From Verrucomicrobiota bacterium (GTDB lineage Bacteria; Verrucomicrobiota; Verrucomicrobiia; Limisphaerales; UBA9464): 64,000 bases of DNA. The position numbers and the translations under genes are program-made. The stretch spans positions 7,843-71,842 of the forward strand of contig JAFLEF010000035.1 in assembly GCA_017309115.1 (NCBI GenBank), given 5' to 3'. How positions within the stretch are numbered: position 1 is the first letter of the stretch; every line of letters starts with the position of its first letter. Shown piece by piece: positions 9,551-17,015 of this stretch. Under the pieces are notes generated by a model. That model had not been told where the DNA came from, did not search any database, and saw nothing but the letters and a program-made list of their open reading frames with translations.

Positions 9551-12500
9551 CTACCGGAGGGCTTCCAGTCGGTAGAAACGGACGGGAGGAACCTCGGGAG
9601 AAATATCCCGCCATTCCGCCCGACCGGTGCCGCCCAAACGGACCGACTCCACCGGGAACCAAGTCTCCAAGTCCTCGGAGGCCTGAACCACCACGACTTC
9701 TCCCGGCGCCCCGGCGAGCGTGAGTTGGGGCACGTTGTCCCAGGTTGCCTGCAGGATGGCCGGTGGCGGCACCACTGGCGCTTGCAGCGATAACCGGACC
9801 ACTCCCGTCTCTCCACCCGCTCCGCCCACCTGAATCTGATACACCTCGCCGGCCTGCGCCGTAAACTGAACAGCGCTGGAGAGCAGTATCCCCAGTTGTG
9901 CATCAGACGGTTCGTCATCACTGCTGGCCACAGTACTCAATTGAATCAGGGCCGTGCCGCGAAAGACGGACAGTTGAGTGTCAAACTGACTTCCGGTCGT
10001 CCTGACCGTGACCTCTCCAGAGGCGGGCGCCCGCCAAGTCCACCACAGCGTGGCACCGGTGGATGACCCAATGGGTCGAGGTTCGTCCACCTCCAGGGAT
10101 GCCCCGGTGCTGATGACGTAATCGACCAAACTGGAGCCGACCAGGGCACGGCGGTTTACAAAGTCATCATTTTTCGGTGGCTGAACCGGCTCCAGGACGA
10201 ACTCAAATCGACTCCGCGGGCTGTCCGGAACCTCCATGGCCAAGTAATAGGTGGCTCCAGCTTCCGCAAGAAACGTGAGCTCGGGAGCCGGACCGGTGGC
10301 TTCGCCGTTGCTCTTCAGCCGAGTCAATCCCAAGAGAGATTCACCCGCATAAACCGCCATGGCCGGAATCGTCCAATCGTTTATCGGGTCCTCAATCCGC
10401 CACCGCATGGTGGTCGTATGGGGTGATGTCCACCTCCACCAGCGCGACGTCTGCGCGACGGAACCGAAATGACCGGGCTCCCCGGGTTCGGCCGTTGCTC
10501 CCATCCCCGCCACCCAGGAGGTGGGCGCCGAACCGGTCAGTAGCTGCGCCTGGGCGAAGTTGTCGTTCGCCGGGGTCGGCAGCTGATACAACTGCACGGC
10601 AAACTTGAAGGCATCCAGCGAGAGGGTGTCCACCGCCAGCTGGAGTTTTTCTCCCGCTCGCGCTTCGAACCAACCGAATCCTCCGTCGGGAGAAACGTGT
10701 CGCGGAACGACTGTGAGTTTGGACAGATCGGTCCCGCGATAGATCCCCAGCGACAAGTCGAGACCCCGGCTCCACAGCGCGGACACCCACCAGCGACCAG
10801 ACTTCGGGACCGTCCATTCCCACCAAAGTGAACCTCGGCCCAACACACCTCCGTGAATGGGTTCACCCACTTCCCGTGTCGCCGCGGAGTTGTCCCCGGC
10901 CAATACCGGTGCCGAGCCCGCGATCGCGGTGCGGGCGACAAACGAATCATTGGCACCAAGGTCCGACAACAGGGTCAGCGTTAAGCCAAACTCCAACTCC
11001 TTGGGGAACCACCCGAAGTCTGACCTCTGGGCGAAAATTCGGACCCACCACGTTTCGCCCGCAGTAACAGGGGCACTCCAGCGACCCAAGGCCCCATCGG
11101 ACTGCACCGGCAGGAACAGTCCGTCCGGGGTCAGCGCAATGACCTCCAAACCGGTAAAAACCTCGCCGTTTTCTTCGAGGGGAGTTCGCCCAATGACCAC
11201 CCGACCCGACTCCGGCGCGGTCCACTGCACCCAGCGGCTGTCTCCGCGGCGGACGATTCCTTCATACGAAGGTGAAACCCCCACCAACTCCCGGGCGGTA
11301 TCGGCACTTGTGTTCTCGGCTCCAGGATCAATCGCGAACTGCAAAAAGTACTGCAAGTACGCATCCGGTCGGGAGCCGTCGATCGCCGGATAAACGGCAA
11401 TCTGATACGTCGTTCCAGCTTCCGCATAAAACGTCGCCACGCCGGAATCGCCAGTCGCCCTCACCAACACCAAATCACGCAACTGATCGCCCCGGAAAAC
11501 CGCCGCCGTCAGCGCCGGGACCGTCTGCCAAACGCCCAGTGGGAACTCGGGTTGATCACCAGGTGTCAGATCATAGTAGCCCGATCGCGGGGCTCTCCAG
11601 GACCACCACAAGGAAGGTGAGGCTCCGCCCACCGTCGGTTCGCCTGCTTCCCGAGAGGAGTTCTCTGCTCGAACCTGAACGCGGGGACGCTCTCCTGTGA
11701 GGCGCAGACGATCCACAAACTGATCGTTCGTCGGGACCGGCAACGCTTCAAACTCAAGCGCCGCCGCCGGAAACCATTCGTCGGCTCCATAGACACCGAT
11801 CAGATACGTTTGCCCCGCCTGCGCCAGGAAGTCGGGTCGACCATTGGGTGCGGAACTCGCCACCAAGAACGGGGTCGGACCTTCCAACCACACCGCCCAG
11901 TTGAAAGGGGCTCGGATCTGGTTTCGAATCATTGCGCGGAGGTCCCGGGGTGCGGTCCACCGCCACCACCGATCCACCCCTGGGAACGGCGCAGCCAAAT
12001 CCGCCGTTCGCGTCGCCCCCAGCAAGGAACCGGAAAGCACCGCCGATTCGCCCGAAACCAGAGCAGCGGTGGCCCAAGTGTCGCCGGCCACCGCCAGGGC
12101 CAAGTCCAGGACGATTCCCCCCTCTTCCGCCGGCGAATCCGGACTACCGTCTCCCGAGATCCAGTAGGCCGCACCCGCGACGGCCGAAAACTCCAATTCC
12201 CGGGTGAACGGATCCCCCGGCGTCCGCTCCGCCACTTCCGGTAACGAAACGAAAGCGCCCTCGGCCGTCAACGTCCACACCCCCATCCGGGGCGTCGAGG
12301 GGCTAGCCTCCAAGCCCGCAGGCAAGGAGGCGAGCGGAACCAAAGGCGAGCCACTGACCGTGCGCATCCGGAGTCGGGCGCGCCCCGCGTCGGGAGCGAT
12401 CCAGAGCCACCAAATGGACCGGGTGGCCGGTTGCGACGCAGCGTCCACTTCCCCGGGAGCAGCCGTCGCCGCTCGATGACTGGCAGCCACAGAGACCGCG

Positions 12501-15500
12501 AACCCTTCCAGCAGGGTCGCCCGATCCCAGTCATCATTCACCGGCGGTAGACCATCAGGAATCGTAGTCACCGAAAGCGTGAACAAGCTGTCGCGGCCCC
12601 CGATGGAGTCGATTACCAGTGGATACTCGACGCCGGGTTCAACGTGAAAGCGGATGACGTTCGACGTGTTCGTTCCTTGGCGGTACATGACCGTTCGGAG
12701 TTCACCGGAAGGCGTGCGTCGGAACTGCTCCAGATAAACCGGCGTGGAGCCGACCACGCTCACCTCGACCACCGCCGCTTCCGTGGGACGAATTGTCCAC
12801 CACCGGGTATGGCCCGAGAGACCGATCCCGTTGAGCCGTTCGCCAGGTTCCGCAGTGGCGGCATGGGTCTGACTTTCCACCGAAGCGGCGCTGCCCAATT
12901 CCGTGCGACCGGCAAACGAGTCATTCTGCCAGGGCTCATCGAGCCAGAGACGCAGCGGACCCACGCCCAATCCGGCGACCAAGATCTGAAGTTTCTCCCC
13001 GGCGGTCACCAGCAGGGCCCCGGGCCGATAGTGGGAGTTACCGACGGCCAGCAGAGACAGACCGCCGTCGTTCCCCATCCGGTAGACGGCCACATCATTT
13101 CCCTGAATCTCATAGTTCAATTTTCCCGAAGCCGGCGCGGTCCATTCCCACCAAATGCTAGACACCGGCCGCCAGGCAAACGGCAACACCGGATCACTGG
13201 GATCGCGGGTCGCCCGTGTCAGATCGCAGGCGAGGATCCGATCTCTTTCATTAATTCGAAAGCGGGCGGCAAAGAGATCATTTTCCGGAGGGGCAAAGGG
13301 CTTCAGCGTGATTTGACAGGGTGTCGGAGACAAAACCGCTCCGCTAGTTCCCCCGCTGAGGGCGAGGTGATACTCGTGGCCCGCCTGGACTTCCCAATCG
13401 AACCCCCCGGCGGCAAACACGGGCGACATCCGATACTGGAGTCGCTCCGGCGAATCGCCCTCGAAGACGGCCGCCTGGAGCAAGAGATTGGTCGAGTTTC
13501 CCAGAAGTCGGAAGGAAGCCACTCCGGAACTCGGCGCGATCCAGGAATACCACAGGGATCCAGGCAAGGACTCGGGCTCACCCGGCTCCCGCGATCCCAA
13601 CAGCTGGGGAATCGTCCACTCGGGAGTTGCGCCCGGGAGCATCGTTCGGTTGGCGAAGCGATCGTTCGCCGGCAGGTAGCCCAGCAAGAAGGGCGAAGGT
13701 TCATACGGGTACGTGAGAAACTCCGGAATGTCCGACCACACCAGCGCCAGCTGATACCGGGTGCCCGCCACCGCTTCGAACATGCTCCACCCGTCCGTTG
13801 TTTCGGTCTTGGCCACCGGGATCAAGGAAGCCAGTGAATCGCCTCGGAAGATCTCCAGGCGCGCGCCGCCGAACACGGTGACCATCCCTGACGCGGGGGC
13901 CGTCCATTCCCACCAAGTCCCATAGCCGCGAACCGAAGCGGGACCGGATGGATCTGTCGGCCCCGGCATCAGCGCCGGCCAGACACCGGACGCGCCGTTT
14001 AGCCGCCGGCGATCCGCGAAGCGATACGCGGGGTCCGCCGGAAGTAGTTTCAGATCGAACTGAAAACTTCCCAACGCCTGCCACCCAGAATGCACAACTC
14101 CGTAGTGCGGCTCCCCGGCCACAACCGGAAGAATTCCCGTCTGAACAACGCCTCCGACGTAGCTCAGGCTGCCCAGCTGAGTCCCCCGAAACAGACTCAA
14201 ATTGAAGAGCCCTTCATTCGTCCCTCGGGGAATGGTCACAAAACCCGAGCTGGGGGGAGTCCAGGTAAACCAGACCGAAGAGGCGCCCTCCAACCAGGGG
14301 GCCGCCGCAACATTGGTCTCACCGGTTGCTCCCACATTGTGGCCCCGCAGGGAAACCGAGTCACCCGTCAACCGGGTGGCGGAAGCGAACAGGTCATTGG
14401 TTTGACGTGGATAAAAACGCACGACCAATTCCCCGTCCACAAACTGCCGACGATCAAAGAGAGCCGAGCCCACGGCGACTTGCAGTGTCTCGTCCGCCTC
14501 TACCGGAAGAATCAATTCAAGCGATTCTGCATACTCAGAGATTCCGGAACGAACCTGAGCCTTGGTAATCAGGGCATCGATACGGGTTCCCTGAAAGACT
14601 CGAAGCTCCCGAGTCGCCACGTTTCTCCAATCCACCGGCGTGTGCACGAGGCGAAGAAATCCCGGCCCCGGGGCCGTCCAGGTCCACCAAACCGAGCCTT
14701 GAATGCCCGCTCCCCAATTGGGTTCGCCGACTTCCAAGGATGACCCTCCTAAGTCGCTCGGAACCTGTTCCGAGACCAACAATCGACGTCGGAAAGCAAA
14801 CTGGTCATGGGCCGCTCCCGACGAGTACTCAAGATCTCGGCGAACCATGATTCCCTGCGAATCCGTTAGGACAACAGCCAACCGAACCCACGAATCCGCC
14901 CACTTTCGGACGTCCAGTCTCCACGGAAACTGAGTTGAGGTCGCCTCGGGAACTTGTCCCGGCTCAATCATGCCCGTCAGAGGATCCACGAGAAATACAT
15001 CTGCCCGACGCCCGTTCGCGTCCTCAGTATCCACCTCGATCTGCACCGTTCCGTCGCTCCCCCGTACGACCTGAAATCCGGGAGACACCATCGGCACGGC
15101 AGCTCCCCGAAAAGCGGCGACCACTGAGGCGCGTTCATCAATCGTTCGCACATTGTTCGCCTGCCCCGGTACTCCCAATGGCTCCCGGTACACTTGAACC
15201 GAGGGATTCGAGAACGCCGGCAGGGTGTCACCTCCGGCCATCAGGGTGGACATTCCATTAGTCCGCCGATAGGCATGGGAATCGGGATATAGTCCCGGCT
15301 GCACGACTCGATTACCGGGCTCGGCGTCCACCGCCAACGGTCCGCAGCCCAACATGCGTCCGATGATCCGCGCAAACTCCCGAGGGCTCAGTTCCGTGGT
15401 GACGGCAAAGGCATTCGAAGAACCCACGGCCAACGGCGCAAAGGTGCCGATCGGACCCCACGTCGTTCGGTGCAACAGGACGACCAAATCCGCGGCCGAT

Positions 15501-15961
15501 CGGTCCCGGATCTCATGGGCCTCATCCAGATATCCGTCGTTGGCATTCACCAATCGTTGGTGCGTGTACTCCAGCGATTCGCCGAACATGAACAGCGATT
15601 TGGGCCAATAGGCCAGTCGTCCAGTGTGAACCAGCTGCACCCGAGTCCGCGACCCACTGTTCAGGAGGATCTGGTTGGCACCATCGACCAACAACTGGGC
15701 CTGCCCTGGCCCGCCTTCAGGGTCCGTCGGCCAGATCGGAAAAGTGGATAAGACGGCAACGTCCACCACCTGAATCGGCTCGTCTCCGACCGTCCGAGTC
15801 CAAGTCAAAGATATCGAGGACAGCCACAGGATGAGATACAGTCGGAGGGCTGGAATCCAACGGTCTGAGTTCGCGGATTTCACAAAGCCGGACCCTGACA
15901 ACGTCACAGCCGCAATGCAAACAGGAGGAAGCCCGAATTCCCGCTTTGCCAATTTACCCAC
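9551..15961 (-). CDS. Giant secreted protein (2136 aa): N-terminal reprolysin-like (M12B-like) domain with a substituted zinc site, about 13 EPGEP/WWxWTAP modules, C-terminal ...RFYRLEALR domain
   Basis: Long ORF convergent with 4329-9530 (20-nt gap between stops). Modules include SREPGEPESLPGSLWYSWIAPSSGVASF, ATAEPGEPGHFGSVAQTSRWWRWTSP and SLEVDEPRPIGSSTGATLWWTWRAPASGEVTV. The start is uncertain. ATG 15961 lies inside the duplicated leader block. GTG 15883 would give MKSANSDRWIPALRLYLILWLSSISLTWT, a better signal peptide. Confidence 0.85.
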   Translation of the reverse strand: MGKLAKREFGLPPVCIAAVTLSGSGFVKSANSDRWIPALRLYLILWLSSISLTWTRTVGDEPIQVVDVAVLSTFPIWPTDPEGGPGQAQLLVDGANQILLNSGSRTRVQLVHTGRLAYWPKSLFMFGESLEYTHQRLVNANDGYLDEAHEIRDRSAADLVVLLHRTTWGPIGTFAPLAVGSSNAFAVTTELSPREFARIIGRMLGCGPLAVDAEPGNRVVQPGLYPDSHAYRRTNGMSTLMAGGDTLPAFSNPSVQVYREPLGVPGQANNVRTIDERASVVAAFRGAAVPMVSPGFQVVRGSDGTVQIEVDTEDANGRRADVFLVDPLTGMIEPGQVPEATSTQFPWRLDVRKWADSWVRLAVVLTDSQGIMVRRDLEYSSGAAHDQFAFRRRLLVSEQVPSDLGGSSLEVGEPNWGAGIQGSVWWTWTAPGPGFLRLVHTPVDWRNVATRELRVFQGTRIDALITKAQVRSGISEYAESLELILPVEADETLQVAVGSALFDRRQFVDGELVVRFYPRQTNDLFASATRLTGDSVSLRGHNVGATGETNVAAAPWLEGASSVWFTWTPPSSGFVTIPRGTNEGLFNLSLFRGTQLGSLSYVGGVVQTGILPVVAGEPHYGVVHSGWQALGSFQFDLKLLPADPAYRFADRRRLNGASGVWPALMPGPTDPSGPASVRGYGTWWEWTAPASGMVTVFGGARLEIFRGDSLASLIPVAKTETTDGWSMFEAVAGTRYQLALVWSDIPEFLTYPYEPSPFLLGYLPANDRFANRTMLPGATPEWTIPQLLGSREPGEPESLPGSLWYSWIAPSSGVASFRLLGNSTNLLLQAAVFEGDSPERLQYRMSPVFAAGGFDWEVQAGHEYHLALSGGTSGAVLSPTPCQITLKPFAPPENDLFAARFRINERDRILACDLTRATRDPSDPVLPFAWRPVSSIWWEWTAPASGKLNYEIQGNDVAVYRMGNDGGLSLLAVGNSHYRPGALLVTAGEKLQILVAGLGVGPLRLWLDEPWQNDSFAGRTELGSAASVESQTHAATAEPGERLNGIGLSGHTRWWTIRPTEAAVVEVSVVGSTPVYLEQFRRTPSGELRTVMYRQGTNTSNVIRFHVEPGVEYPLVIDSIGGRDSLFTLSVTTIPDGLPPVNDDWDRATLLEGFAVSVAASHRAATAAPGEVDAASQPATRSIWWLWIAPDAGRARLRMRTVSGSPLVPLASLPAGLEASPSTPRMGVWTLTAEGAFVSLPEVAERTPGDPFTRELEFSAVAGAAYWISGDGSPDSPAEEGGIVLDLALAVAGDTWATAALVSGESAVLSGSLLGATRTADLAAPFPGVDRWWRWTAPRDLRAMIRNQIRAPFNWAVWLEGPTPFLVASSAPNGRPDFLAQAGQTYLIGVYGADEWFPAAALEFEALPVPTNDQFVDRLRLTGERPRVQVRAENSSREAGEPTVGGASPSLWWSWRAPRSGYYDLTPGDQPEFPLGVWQTVPALTAAVFRGDQLRDLVLVRATGDSGVATFYAEAGTTYQIAVYPAIDGSRPDAYLQYFLQFAIDPGAENTSADTARELVGVSPSYEGIVRRGDSRWVQWTAPESGRVVIGRTPLEENGEVFTGLEVIALTPDGLFLPVQSDGALGRWSAPVTAGETWWVRIFAQRSDFGWFPKELEFGLTLTLLSDLGANDSFVARTAIAGSAPVLAGDNSAATREVGEPIHGGVLGRGSLWWEWTVPKSGRWWVSALWSRGLDLSLGIYRGTDLSKLTVVPRHVSPDGGFGWFEARAGEKLQLAVDTLSLDAFKFAVQLYQLPTPANDNFAQAQLLTGSAPTSWVAGMGATAEPGEPGHFGSVAQTSRWWRWTSPHTTTMRWRIEDPINDWTIPAMAVYAGESLLGLTRLKSNGEATGPAPELTFLAEAGATYYLAMEVPDSPRSRFEFVLEPVQPPKNDDFVNRRALVGSSLVDYVISTGASLEVDEPRPIGSSTGATLWWTWRAPASGEVTVRTTGSQFDTQLSVFRGTALIQLSTVASSDDEPSDAQLGILLSSAVQFTAQAGEVYQIQVGGAGGETGVVRLSLQAPVVPPPAILQATWDNVPQLTLAGAPGEVVVVQASEDLETWFPVESVRLGGTGRAEWRDISPEVPPVRFYRLEALR

Positions 15962-16001
15962 CCCGACAGATCTTCAAATTCGCCGAAGTCATGAACAGAT
16001 C
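15953..16001 (+). promoter_or_regulatory. Copy B of the 49-nt conserved promoter/5' leader/start-codon block
   Basis: TTTACCCACCCCGACAGATCTTCAAATTCGCCGAAGTCATGAACAGATC has a single mismatch to 4291-4339. It contains the ATG (15991) of the cytochrome P460-like gene, which also begins MNRS. Confidence 0.6.
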
Positions 16002-16638
16002 AGCCAACCCTGGCCGCACCTCAAATCCTCGAAGGCGGGCTCTCCCGATCAGTCGCATTAACCCGGTTCTTTTCCTGCTGACCGTCGCGATGGTCTTCGC
16101 CGGTTGCGAGAAGTCCGCGGCTCCGGAAACAGTCGGCGAGCCTGATTCGCCCAGGATTTCCGAACTCGCCGTTACGTACACCAACTTGGTTCTAATGACG
16201 CAGGAAGAGGTTTTTGTTAATCCGGAGCTGGCTAGGTTGTGCCGGGGAATTTATCAGGAGGAGGTCGAAGCAGCTCGGACCCAATTCGGTCCGCACGCCA
16301 ATACCAGCATTCGGGTTTTCATGAACCCACCCGCCGCGGATGCCCTGAAGAGCAACCTGATCCCCTATCCCGTGGGATCCGTGATCGTGAAGCAGAAGAT
16401 GTCGCTGGGGTATCAACGGAGTGACGGAACTGACGTCGGTGCTGGAACGGCGGGAGTCGGCGGGATGGTGAAACGCCGCCCCGGATACGATCCCACGCAC
16501 GGCGACTGGGAATACTTCTATGAGGAAGGGAAAGGACCCCTGGAAAGCGGACGCCTTTCCACCTGCGTGACCTGCCATTCCTCAGCCCGGGACCGCGACC
16601 ACGTGTTCGGAACCTGGAGACACCGATCTTCACCCTGA
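15991..16638 (+). CDS. Cytochrome P460-like heme-binding lipoprotein
   Basis: The first ATG of the track ORF 15946-16638 (which starts at TTG) is at 15991. MNRSANPGRTSNPRRRALPISRINPVLFLLTVAMVFAGCEKS gives a signal peptide plus lipobox (FAGC). The C-terminal region ..YPVGSVIVKQK..HGDWEYFYEEG..STCVTCHSSARDRDHVF has the single CxxCH and surrounding pattern of the P460 family. Confidence 0.65.
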   Translation: MNRSANPGRTSNPRRRALPISRINPVLFLLTVAMVFAGCEKSAAPETVGEPDSPRISELAVTYTNLVLMTQEEVFVNPELARLCRGIYQEEVEAARTQFGPHANTSIRVFMNPPAADALKSNLIPYPVGSVIVKQKMSLGYQRSDGTDVGAGTAGVGGMVKRRPGYDPTHGDWEYFYEEGKGPLESGRLSTCVTCHSSARDRDHVFGTWRHRSSP

Positions 16639-17015
16639 GTCACCCGTGGCAATTCCTCGAACTGAGTGCTGCGTTCTGAACGCCGGGCCAGGCGCCTGGG
16701 CTTTCGAGCCCCTGGCTAATCAGCTCGCTGTTAGTCGATGGTTTTCTGATGGCCGGCGTGTATCGGGGTCTGCGCCGACAGGATCCCAGTCACTGGTGGC
16801 AAGGGGCCTCTCGGAAAACGTGGCTCTCCGCCGCGGCGGTGATTTTCTTCTTCAGTATCGCCGGACTGGCACTTCAAGTCGCCGTTCCCGAGGCCCATTC
16901 CATCGGAGCGGTCGTCCGACATTGGTGAAAGTCTCGGACGAGCGACCGGCCGTCCCCTACCTGTGGTCTGCCAAACCAAACCACGGATCGTTGATTCCCT
17001 CGGGTACCCCCGAAC

